Source: Eledone cirrhosa (lineage: Eukaryota). Taken from it: DNA of 64,000 nt. The notes beneath the pieces are model-generated. The model had not been told where the DNA came from. It was given only the letters and a program-made list of their open reading frames with translations, and did not search any database. The stretch lies in the NCBI GenBank assembly GCA_964016885.1, contig OZ024764.1:20522001-20586000 (forward strand). The letters are read 5' to 3'. This document shows positions 30,001-41,630 of the stretch, piece by piece. Position 1 is the first letter of the stretch, and each line of letters starts with the position of its first letter. Position numbers and translations under genes: made by a program.

Positions 30001-33000
30001 AATAACTACTTTTATCAGTCAGTATAATCTAATGTCACTAATAACTACTTTTATCAGTCAGTATAATCTAATGTCACTAATAATTACTTTTATCAGTCAG
30101 TTTAATCTAATGTAATAACTACATTTATCAGTCAGTATAATCTAATGTCACTAATAACTACTTTTATCAGTCAGTTTAATCTAATGTCACTAATAACTAC
30201 TTTTATCAGTCAGTTTAATCTAATGTCACTAATAACTACTTTTATCAGTCAGTTTAATCTAATGTCACTAATAACTACTTTTATCAGTCAGTTTAATCTA
30301 ATGTAATAACTACTTTTATCAGTCACTTTAATCTAATGTCACTAATAACTACTTTTATCAGTCAGTTTAATCTAATGTCACTAATAACTACTTTTATCAG
30401 TCAGTTTAATCTAATGTCACTAATAACTACTTTTATCAGTCAATTTAATCTAATGTCACTAATAACTACTTTTATCAGTCAGTTTAATCTAATGTAATAA
30501 CTACTTTTATCAGTCAGTATAATCTAATGTCACTAATAACTACTTTTATCAGTCAGTATAATCTAATGTCACTAATAATTACTTTTATCAGTCAGTTTAA
30601 TCTAATGTAATAACTACATTTATCAGTCAGTATAATCTAATGTCACTAATAACTACTTTTATCAGTCAGTTTAATCTAATGTCACTAATAACTACTTTTA
30701 TCAGTCAGTTTAATCTAATGTCACTAATAACTACTTTTATCAGTCAGTTTAATCTAATGTCACTAATAACTACTTTTATCAGTCAGTTTAATCTAATGTA
30801 ATAACTACTTTTATCAGTCACTTTAATCTAATGTCACTAATAACTACTTTTATCAGTCAGTTTAATCTAATGTCACTAATAACTACTTTGATCAGTCAGT
30901 TTAATCTAATGTCACTAATAACTACTTTTATCAGTCAGTTTAATCTAATGTAATAACTACTTTTATCAGTCAGTTTAATCTAATGTCACTAATAACTACT
31001 TTTATCTGTCAGTTTAATCTAATGTCACTAATAACTACTTTTATCAGTCAGTTTCATCTAATGTCACTAATAACTACTTTTATCAGTCAGTTTAATCTAA
31101 TATAATAACTACTTTTATTAGTCAGTTTAATCTAATGTCACTAATAACTACTTTTATCAGTCAGTTTAATATAATGTCACTAATAACTACTTTTATCAGT
31201 CAGTTTAATCTAATGTCACTAATAACTACTTTTATCAGTCAGTTTAATCTAATGTCACTAATAACTACTTTTATCAGTCAGTTTAATCTAATGTCACTAA
31301 TAACTACTTTTATCAGTCAGTTTAATCTAATGTCACTAATAACTACTTTTATCAGTCAGTTTAATCTAATGTCACTAATAACTACTTTTATCAGTGAGTT
31401 TAATCTAATGTAATAACTACTTTTATCAGTCAGTTTAATCTAATGTCACTAATAACTACTTTTATCAGTCAGTTTAATCTAATGTCACTAGTAACTACTT
31501 TTATCAGTCAGTTAATCTAATGTAATAACTACTTTTATCAGTCAGTTTAATCTAATGTCACTAATAACTACTTTTATCAGTCAGTTTAATCTAATGTCAC
31601 TAGTAACTACTTTTATCAGTCAGTTAATCTAATGTAATAACTACTTTTATCAGTCAGTTTAATCTAATATAATAACTACTTTTATTAGTCAGTTTAATCT
31701 AATGTCACTAATAACTACTTTTATCAGTCAGTTTAATCTAATGTCACTAATAACTACTTTTATCAGTCAGTTTAATCTAATGTCACTAATAACTACTTTT
31801 ATCAGTCAGTTTAATCTAATGTCACTAATAACTACTTTTATCAGTCAGTTTAATCTAATGTCACTAATAACTACTTTTATCAGTCAGTTTAATCTAATGT
31901 CACTAATAACTACTTTTATCAGTCAGTTTAATCTAATGTCACTAATAACTACTTTTATCAGTGAGTTTAATCTAATGTAATAACTACTTTTATCAGTCAG
32001 TTTAATCTAATGTCACTAATAACTACTTTTATCAGTCAGTTTAATCTAATGTCACTAGTAACTACTTTTATCAGTCAGTTAATCTAATGTAATAACTACT
32101 TTTATCAGTCAGTATAATCTAATGTCACTAATAACTACTTTTATCAGTCAGTTTAATCTAATGTAATAACTACTTTTATCAGTCAGTATAATCTAATGTC
32201 ACTAATAACTACTTTTATCAGTCAGTTTAATCTAATGTCACTAATAACTACTTTTATCAGTCAGTATAATCTAATGTCGCTAATAACTACTTTTATCAGT
32301 CAGTTTAATCTAATGTCACTAATAACTACTTTTATCAGTCAGTTTAATCTAATGTCACTAATAACTACTTTTATCAGTCAGTTTAATCTAATGTCACTAA
32401 TAACTACTTTTATCAGTCAGTATAATCTAATGTCACTAATAACTACTTTTATGAGTCAGTTTAATCTAATGTCACTAATAACTACTTTTATCAGTCAGTA
32501 TAATCTAATGTCAGTAATAATTACTTTTATCAGTCAGTTTAATCTAATGTCACTAATAACTACTTTTATCAGTCAGTTTAATCTAATGTCACTAATAACT
32601 ACTTTTATCAGTCAGTTTAATCTAATGTCACTAATAACTACTTTTATCAGTCAGTTTAATCTAATGTAATAACTACTTTTATCAGTCAGTATAATCTAAT
32701 GTCACTAATAACTACTTTTATCAGTCAGTTTAATCTAATGTAATAACTACTTTTATCAGTCAGTTTAATCTAATGTCACTAATAACTACTTTTATCAGTC
32801 AGTTTAATCTAATGTCACTAATAACTACTTTTATCAGTCAGTTTAATCTAATGTCACTAATAACTACTTTTATCAGTCAGTATAATCTAATGTCGCTAAT
32901 AACTACTTTTATCAGTCAGTTTAATCTAATGTCACTAATAACTACTTTTATCAGTCAGTTTAATCTAATGTCACTAATAACTACTTTTATCAGTCAGTTT

Positions 33001-36000
33001 AATCTAATGTAATAACTACTTTTATCAGTCAGTATAATCTAATGTCACTAATAACTACTTTTATCAGTCAGTTTAATCTAATGTCACTAATAACTACTTT
33101 TATCAGTCAGTATAATCTAATGTCACTAATAACTACTTTTATGAGTCAGTTTAATCTAATGTCACTAATAACTACTTTTATCAGTCAGTATAATCTAATG
33201 TCAGTAATAATTACTTTTATCAGTCAGTTTAATCTAATGTCACTAATAACTACTTTTATCAGTCAGTTTAATCTAATGTCACTAATAACTACTTTTATCA
33301 GTCAGTTTAATCTAATGTCACTAATAACTACTTTTATCAGTCAGTTTAATCTAATGTAATAACTACTTTTATCAGTCAGTATAATCTAATGTCACTAATA
33401 ACTACTTTTATCAGTCAGTTTAATCTAATGTAATAACTACTTTTATCAGTCAGTTTAATCTAATGTCACTAATAACTACTTTTATCAGTCAGTTTAATCT
33501 AATGTCACTAATAACTACTTTTATCAGTCAGTTTAATCTAATGTCACTAATAACTACTTTTATCAGTCAGTATAATCTAATGTCGCTAATAACTACTTTT
33601 ATCAGTCAGTTTAATCTAATGTCACTAATAACTACTTTTATCAGTCAGTTTAATCTAATGTCACTAATAACTACTTTTATCAGTCAGTTTAATCTAATGT
33701 CACTAATAACTACTTTTATCAGTCAGTATAATCTAATGTCACTAATAACTACTTTTATCAGTCAGTTTAATCTAATGTCACTAATAACTACTTTTATCAG
33801 TCAGTATAATCTAATGTCAGTAATAATTACTTTTATCAGTCAGTTTAATCTAATGTCACTAATAACTACTTTTATCAGTCAGTTTAATCTAATGTCACTA
33901 ATAACTACTTTTATCAGTCAGTTTAATCTAATGTCACTAATAACTACTTTTATCAGTCAGTTTAATCTAATGTAATAACTACTTTTATCAGTCAGTATAA
34001 TCTAATGTCACTAATAACTACTTTTATCAGTCAGTTTAATCTAATGTCACTAATAACTACTTTTATCAGTCAGTTTAATCTAATGTAATAACTACTTTTA
34101 TCAGTCAGTTTAATCTAATGTCACTAATAACTACTTTTATCAGTCAGTTTAATCTAATGTCACTAATAACTACTTTTATCAGTCAGTTTAATCTAATGTA
34201 ATAACTACTTTTATCAGTCAGTTTAATCTAATGTCACTAATAACTACTTTTATCAGTCAGTTTAATCTAATGTCACTAATAACTACTTTTATCAGTCAGT
34301 TTAATCTAATGTCACTAATAACTACTTTTATCAGTCAGTTTAATCTAATGTCACTAATAACTACTTTTATCAGTCAGTTTAATCTAATGTCACTAATAAC
34401 TACTTTTATCAGTCAGTTTAATCTAATGTAATAACTACTTTTATCAGTCAGTTTAATCTAATGTCACTAATAAATACTTTTATCAGTCAGTTCAATCTAA
34501 TGTCACTAATAACTACTTTTATCAGTCAGTATAATCTAATGTCACTAATAACTACTTTTATCAGTCAGTTTAATCTAATGACACTAATAACTACTTTTAT
34601 CAGTCAGTATAATCTAATGTCACTAATAACTACTTTTATCAGTCAGTATAATCTAATGTCACTAATAACTACTTTTATCAGTCAGTATAATCTATTGTCA
34701 CTAATAACTACTTTTATCAGTCAGTATAATCTAATGTCACTAATAACTACTTTTATCAGTCAGTATAATCTAATGCCACTAATAACTACTTTTATCAGTC
34801 AGTTTAATCTAATGTCACTAATAACTACTTTTATCAGTCAGTATAATCTAATGTCACTAATAACTACTTTTATCAGTCAGTATAATCTAATGTCACTAAT
34901 AACTACTTTTATCAGTCAGTTTAATCTAATGTCACTAATAACTACTTTTATCAGTCAGTATAATCTAATGTCAGTAATAATTACTTTTATCAGTCAGTTT
35001 AATCTAATGTCACTAATAACTACTTTTATCAGTCAGTTTAATCTAATGTCACTAATAACTACTTTTATCAGTCAGTTTAATCTAATGTAATAACTACTTT
35101 TATCAGTCAGTTTAATCTAATGTCACTAATAACTACTTTTATCAGTCAGTTTAATCTAATGTCACTAATAACTACTTTTATCAGTCAGTTTAATCTAATG
35201 TCACTAATAACTACTTTTATCAGTCAGTTTAATCTAATGTCACTAATAACTACTTTTATCAGTCAGTTTAATCTAATGTCACTAATAACTACTTTTATCA
35301 GTCAGTTTAATCTAATGTCACTAATAACTACTTTTATCAGTCAGTTTAATCTAATGTAATAACTACTTTTATCAGTCAGTTTAATCTAATGTCACTAATA
35401 ACTACTTTTATCAGTCAGTTCAATCTAATGTCACTAATAACTACTTTTATCAGTCAGTATAATCTAATGTCACTAATAACTACTTTTATCAGTCAGTTTA
35501 ATCTAATGACACTAATAACTACTTTTATCAGTCAGTATAATCTAATGTCACTAATAACTACTTTTATCAGTCAGTATAATCTAATGTCACTAATAACTAC
35601 TTTTATCAGTCAGTATAATCTATTGTCACTAATAACTACTTTTATCAGTCAGTATAATCTAATGTCACTAATAACTACTTTTATCAGTCAGTATAATCTA
35701 ATGCCACTAATAACTACTTTTATCAGTCAGTTTAATCTAATGTCACTAATAACTACTTTTATCAGTCAGTATAATCTAATGTCACTAATAACTACTTTTA
35801 TCAGTCAGTTTAATCTAATGTCACTAATAACTACTTTTATCAGTCAGTTTAATCTAATGTCACTAATAACTACTTTTATCAGTCAGTTTAATCTAATGTA
35901 ATAACTACTTTTATCAGTCAGTTTAATCTAATGTCACTAATAACTACTTTTATCAGTCAGTTCAATCTAATGTCACTAATAACTACTTTTATCAGTCAGT

Positions 36001-37995
36001 ATAATCTAATGTCACTAATAACTACTTTTATCAGTCAGTTTAATCTAATGACACTAATAACTACTTTTATCAGTCAGTATAATCTAATGTCACTAATAAC
36101 TACTTTTATCAGTCAGTATAATCTAATGTCACTAATAACTACTTTTATCAGTCAGTATAATCTATTGTCACTAATAACTACTTTTATCAGTCAGTATAAT
36201 CTAATGTCACTAATAACTACTTTTATCAGTCAGTATAATCTAATGCCACTAATAACTACTTTTATCAGTCAGTTTAATCTAATGTCACTAATAACTACTT
36301 TTATCAGTCAGTATAATCTAATGTCACTAATAACTACTTTTATCAGTCAGTTTAATCTAATGTCACTAATAACTACTTTTATCAGTCAGTATAATCTAAT
36401 GTCACTAATAACTACTTTTATCAGTCAGTTTAATCTAATGTCACTAATAACTACTTTTATCAGTCAGTATAATCTAATGTCACTAATAACTACTTTTATC
36501 AGTCAGTTTAATCTAATGTCACTAATAACTACTTTTATCAGTCAGTATAATCTAATGTCAGTAATAATTACTTTTATCAGTCAGTTTAATCTAATGTCAC
36601 TAATAACTACTTTTATCAGTCAGTTTAATCTAATGTCACTAATAACTACTTTTATCAGTCAGTTTAATCTAATGTCACTAATAACTACTTTTATCAGTCA
36701 GTTTAATCTAATGTAATAACTACTTTTATCAGTCAGTATAATCTAATGTCACTAATAACTACTTTTATCAGTCAGTTTAATCTAATGTCACTAATAACTA
36801 CTTTTATCAGTCAGTTTAATCTAATGTAATAACTACTTTTATCAGTCAGTTTAATCTAATGTCACTAATAACTACTTTTATCAGTCAGTTTAATCTAATG
36901 TCACTAATAACTACTTTTATCAGTCAGTTTAATCTAATGTAATAACTACTTTTATCAGTCAGTTTAATCTAATGTCACTAATAACTACTTTTATCAGTCA
37001 GTTTAATCTAATGTCACTAATAACTACTTTTATCAGTCAGTTTAATCTAATGTCACTAATAACTACTTTTATCAGTCAGTTTAATCTAATGTCACTAATA
37101 ACTACTTTTATCAGTCAGTTTAATCTAATGTCACTAATAACTACTTTTATCAGTCAGTTTAATCTAATGTCACTAATAACTACTTTTATCAGTCAGTTTA
37201 ATCTAATGTAATAACTACTTTTATCAGTCAGTTTAATCTAATGTCACTAATAACTACTTTTATCAGTCAGTTCAATCTAATGTCACTAATAACTACTTTT
37301 ATCAGTCAGTATAATCTAATGTCACTAATAACTACTTTTATCAGTCAGTTTAATCTAATGACACTAATAACTACTTTTATCAGTCAGTATAATCTAATGT
37401 CACTAATAACTACTTTTATCAGTCAGTATAATCTAATGTCACTAATAACTACTTTTATCAGTCAGTATAATCTATTGTCACTAATAACTACTTTTATCAG
37501 TCAGTATAATCTAATGTCACTAATAACTACTTTTATCAGTCAGTATAATCTAATGCCACTAATAACTACTTTTATCAGTCAGTTTAATCTAATGTCACTA
37601 ATAACTACTTTTATCAGTCAGTATAATCTAATGTCACTAATAACTACTTTTATCAGTCAGTTTAATCTAATGTCACTAATAACTACTTTTATCAGTCAGT
37701 ATAATCTAATGTCACTAATAACTACTTTTATCAGTCAGTTTAATCTAATGTCACTAATAACTACTTTTATCAGTCAGTTTAATCTAATGTCACTAATAAC
37801 TACTTTTATCAGTCAGTTTAATCTAATGTCACTAATAACTACTTTTATCAGTCAGTTTAATCTAATGTCACTAATAACTACTTTTATCAGTCAGTATAAT
37901 CTAATGTCACTAATAACTACTTTTATCAGTCAGTTTAATCTAATGTCACTAATAACTACTTTTATCAGTCAGTATAATCTACTGCCACTAATATC
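1..37995. repeat. Large satellite array: 39-bp monomer with interspersed 35-bp (4-bp deletion) and rare 38-bp variants; about 1,000 monomers; extends beyond the left edge of the window
   Basis: Directly visible tandem unit ATGTCACTAATAACTACTTTTATCAGTCAGTTTAATCTA and variant ATGTAATAACTACTTTTATCAGTCAGTTTAATCTA, all head-to-tail in one orientation. Ends in a degenerate unit (…tataatctactgccactaatatc) near 37,980-37,995. Confidence 0.99.
5631..18736. repeat. 6,553-bp tandem higher-order duplication inside the satellite (two copies: ~5631-12183 and ~12184-18736)
   Basis: Twelve consecutive repeat-ORF starts recur at exactly +6553 (5666/12219, 6274/12827 … 11194/17747) with the same rare variants. 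One difference noticed: G7254 vs T13807. Confidence 0.93.
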
Positions 37996-38119
37996 TAACC
38001 TATGTTAGGCAGCACATTCTTCACCAAAGAAGGCCTTAGTATTTATTACAGTCCAATTATCAATATAGAAATATTATATGAAATTTGTACTGATGTATTA
38101 CAAGTTTCTGAGTATCTTA

Positions 38120-38141
38120 TAATGTTCTTTTATTATTTCAG
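38120..38141 (+). promoter_or_regulatory. Candidate 3' splice acceptor of the ZNF terminal exon
   Basis: Pyrimidine tract plus CAG (aatgttcttttattatttcag|aatacc). The same context is conserved at paralogous sites 42315 and 51666 (aatgtttctctactatttcag|aatatc). Confidence 0.6.
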
Positions 38142-38952
38142 AATACCAGAGGACATTGGCATTAAAGAGCACGTTACATCAGACATATCCTCAATATTTA
38201 CCATTTCTAAAATATTACCCATCATTTTCAAGTAATTTTGAAAACACTCAACACTTTGAAGGGATTTAATAATATAACTAAAGTTCTCAGTATTAAGCTG
38301 CTATTTGGAACATAAATTTGCACAATTTCATGAAGTTACAATGGAAAGTTTTTAGATAAATATAAAGACTGGTATGAAAAGGATAAAACACTTTTAAATC
38401 AGTTGTTTCATCAACACCATTATTTATAGACTAAAGGAAGCTGTTATACAGAACAGATACAACCTTGTTTATATAAATCTATGGGAGAAATACTGGGAAA
38501 TATTTCTCGTAAACTCAATAACACTTCTATTCTTTGCTGTCTGGAATATGTAGAAGATACAAAATAAAGCTGAAGAAATTTACACATGATTTTGTAAGAT
38601 CTTCATATATTGACAAAGATGATAGTAGATGGATCTACAGGAGTAGAAATATTTCCATTATTACAGGAATAACTAATTAAATAAAAACCAGAAAAATTAG
38701 ATTCTTCACTGTCTGGAATATGTACAAGATGATTTTATATGTATATTAAACTTGAAGAGATCTACAAAACAGTTTGTATCATCTTTAAATGTAAAGAAAG
38801 ACCAAAGTTGATAGAAATATATCTGGAGGAATATGTTTTAGGAATAATATTATAAACATAAAGAAGAAAAATATCCATATATTGAGAGGAGAAAAATATT
38901 AAAACTGAATTATGTGAGAAACTTAGAAGATTGATATTTTTTAGTGGGAGTT

Positions 38953-40980
38953 ATGTCGAAAAATATAGTAAAATCACCATTCCACTGTGATATCTGTGGT
39001 AAATTATTCTCTAAAAATACTAAATTAACTAGACATAAACTAAGTCATACAGTAGAGAAGCCATATCACTGTGATATCTGTGGTAAATTATTCTCTAAAA
39101 ATACTAAATTAACTAGACATAAACTAAGTCATACAGTAGAGAAGCCATATCACTGTGATATCTGTGGTAAATTATTCTCTAAAAATACTAAATTAACTAG
39201 ACATAAACTAAGTCATACAGAAGAGAAACCATATGACTGTGATATCTGTGGTAAATCATTCTCTAAAAATACTAAATTAACTAGACATAAACTAATTCAT
39301 GCAGAAGAGAAGCCATATCACTGTGATATCTGTGGTAAATCATTCTCTAAAAATACTAAATTAATTAGACATAAACTAAGTCATACTGAAGAGAAACCAT
39401 ATGACTGTGATATCTGTGGTAAATCATTCTCTAAAAATACTAAATTAACTAGACATAAACTAATTCATGCAGAAGAGAAGCCATATCACTGTGATATCTG
39501 TGGTAAATCATTCTCTAACAATACTAAATTAACTAGACATAAACTAAGTCACACAGAAGAGAAGCCATATCACTGTGATATCTGTGGTAAATCATTCTCT
39601 AAAAATACTAAATTAACTAGACATAAACTAATTCATGCAGAAGAGAAGCCATATCACTGTGATATCTGTGGTAAATCATTCTCTAAAAATACTAAATTAA
39701 CTAGACATAAACTAATTCATGCAGAAGAGAAGCCATATCACTGTGATATCTGTGATAAATCATTCTCTAAAAATACTAAATTAACTAGACATAAACTAAT
39801 TCATGCAGAAGAGAAGCCATATCACTGTGATATCTGTGGTAAATCATTCTCTAAAAATACTAAATTAACTAGACATAAACTAATTCATGCAGAAGAGAAG
39901 CCATATCACTGTGATATCTGTGGTAAATCATTCTCTAAAAATACTAAATTAACTAGACATAAACTAAGTCATACAGAAGAGAAGCCATATCACTGTGATA
40001 TCTGTGGTAAATTATTCTCTAAAAATACTAAATTAACTAGACATAAACTAAGTCATACAGAAGAGAAACCATATGACTGTGATATCTGTGGTAAATCATT
40101 CTCTAAAAATAGTAAATTAACCAGACATAAACTAATTCATGCAGAAGAGAAGCCATATCACTGTGATATCTGTGGTAAATCATTCTCTAAAAATACTAAA
40201 TTAATTAGACATAAACTAAGTCATACTGAAGAGAAACCATATGACTGTGATATCTGTGGTAAATCATTCTCTAAAAATACTAAATTAACCAGACATAAAC
40301 TAATTCATGCAGAAGAGAAGTCATATCACTGTGATATCTGTGGTAAATCATTCTCTAAAAGTAATAAATTGACTAGACACAATTGTAGTCACACAGGAGA
40401 GAAGCCATGTAACTATATCTTTGGTAAACCATTTTCTGAAAGTAATAACTTAGCTAGAGACAAACTAAATCACACAGAGGAGAAACCATATCACAATGAT
40501 ATTTGTGGTAAATATTTCTCTCATGTGAGTACCTTAACAAATTACAAACATATTCCTGCAGGAGAAACACCATATTATTGTGATGTCTGTGGTAAATCAT
40601 TCTCTAAAAATACAAAGTTAACAAGACACAAAGAAAGACATTCAGGAGAGAAGCTATATCACTGTGATATCTGTGATAAATCATTCTTTCATAGTACTAC
40701 CTTAACTAAACACCAACATATTCATACAGGGAAGAAACCATATGACTGTGATATCTGTGGTAAATCATTTTCTCAAAGTTATACCTTAACTGTTCATAAG
40801 CGTATTCATACAGGCGAGAAGCCATATCACTGTGATATCTGTGGTAAATCATTCTCTCACAGTAGTACCTTAACTATCCACAAACGTACTCATACCGGAG
40901 AGAAACCATATCACTGTGGTAAAGCATTCTCCCCCCGTTGTAACTTAACCAGGCATGTGCGTATTCATACAGAAGTTTAG
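38953..40980 (+). CDS. Tandem C2H2 zinc-finger protein (24 finger units: 21 intact, 3 degenerate; no KRAB or other effector domain visible)
   Basis: Open frame 38944-40980; first in-frame ATG at 38953. 28-aa repeats with CxxC-x12-HxxxH and (T/A)(E/G/V)EKPY linkers. Units 18, 19 and 24 lack one or more zinc ligands. Confidence 0.93.
   Translation: MSKNIVKSPFHCDICGKLFSKNTKLTRHKLSHTVEKPYHCDICGKLFSKNTKLTRHKLSHTVEKPYHCDICGKLFSKNTKLTRHKLSHTEEKPYDCDICGKSFSKNTKLTRHKLIHAEEKPYHCDICGKSFSKNTKLIRHKLSHTEEKPYDCDICGKSFSKNTKLTRHKLIHAEEKPYHCDICGKSFSNNTKLTRHKLSHTEEKPYHCDICGKSFSKNTKLTRHKLIHAEEKPYHCDICGKSFSKNTKLTRHKLIHAEEKPYHCDICDKSFSKNTKLTRHKLIHAEEKPYHCDICGKSFSKNTKLTRHKLIHAEEKPYHCDICGKSFSKNTKLTRHKLSHTEEKPYHCDICGKLFSKNTKLTRHKLSHTEEKPYDCDICGKSFSKNSKLTRHKLIHAEEKPYHCDICGKSFSKNTKLIRHKLSHTEEKPYDCDICGKSFSKNTKLTRHKLIHAEEKSYHCDICGKSFSKSNKLTRHNCSHTGEKPCNYIFGKPFSESNNLARDKLNHTEEKPYHNDICGKYFSHVSTLTNYKHIPAGETPYYCDVCGKSFSKNTKLTRHKERHSGEKLYHCDICDKSFFHSTTLTKHQHIHTGKKPYDCDICGKSFSQSYTLTVHKRIHTGEKPYHCDICGKSFSHSSTLTIHKRTHTGEKPYHCGKAFSPRCNLTRHVRIHTEV
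38977..40320 (+). repeat. 84-bp coding minisatellite: 16 near-identical zinc-finger units
   Basis: Units are almost identical at the DNA level, including synonymous sites. Fingers 3-6 recur as fingers 13-16 at +840 bp (e.g. lines 39361 and 40201 are identical). Confidence 0.95.
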
Positions 40981-41245
40981 CTGTATCAATATCAAACTCA
41001 TTACATCATACTACAACGACACCAAATATGTAGATCCATCATCCTTGCTAAAACTGGAGTTAACCTTGTAGGTTTTACCTAGGACAGGGATCATAAAACC
41101 AGGTTTCCATTTTTGAAGCAGTGTTTGAAGATTTTGTGTAAATTAAAGTTTTTCACATTAAACTTTGATTTATTATACTTTAACAGGTAAGATATATATT
41201 TGTATTTTTAGTAAAGGTTGGGAACTTCTGTAATTTAAACCTGCC

Positions 41246-41251
41246 AATAAA
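41246..41251 (+). promoter_or_regulatory. Candidate polyadenylation signal of the ZNF gene
   Basis: AATAAA about 265 nt after the stop codon, followed by a GT/T-rich tract (tttgttgttg). Confidence 0.45.
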
Positions 41252-41630
41252 ATGAAAACTTTTGTTGTTGCTAGTCTGACATTGATATTAATTCTATTGT
41301 CCTGTACATTGTCTCAAATATCACAGATTAAACAGATTTTAACAATAACAACAGAAATCAATAACTTGTAAGCCTAATATCTAGCTTCCATTTTAACTAT
41401 TTGATATTGTTGTTCCTCTCCTGTCTCTTCAGGTGTTTTAGATTTCAACTTCTATCTCTGTACTATTCCATCACCAAGGCAACATTCATCTGGTTGGCAG
41501 CTTACATCAACTACAGATCTCATCAGTGGTTCACAACAGGCTGTCTGAAAGAAACTTGCAGATATCTTCTATGTCATAGCTATCAATCTCCTCCTCCTTA
41601 TCATATGTATCATGTAGAACATCTCTGAAT

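Noticed and set aside
1-37995. CRISPR array (35-39-bp repeats)
   Set aside because: There are no unique spacers or cas genes, and the context is eukaryotic.
1-37995. Hammerhead ribozyme in the satellite monomer (as in newt or schistosome satellites)
   Set aside because: The minus strand has CUGACUGAUAA but no CUGANGA and no GAAA box; the plus strand has neither.
1-37995. Calling the array centromeric or telomeric
   Set aside because: Nothing in the sequence supports it; it would need CENP-A ChIP or chromosomal position.
69-38008. Dozens of (MSLITTFISQFNL)n ORFs as protein-coding genes
   Set aside because: The 39-bp unit is a multiple of 3 and happens to lack stops in one frame. The 35- and 38-bp units break the frame constantly, and most variants are non-synonymous, so there is no sign of coding constraint.
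38944-38952. GTG start given in the ORF track
   Set aside because: This is a eukaryotic gene, and an in-frame ATG lies 9 nt downstream at 38953.
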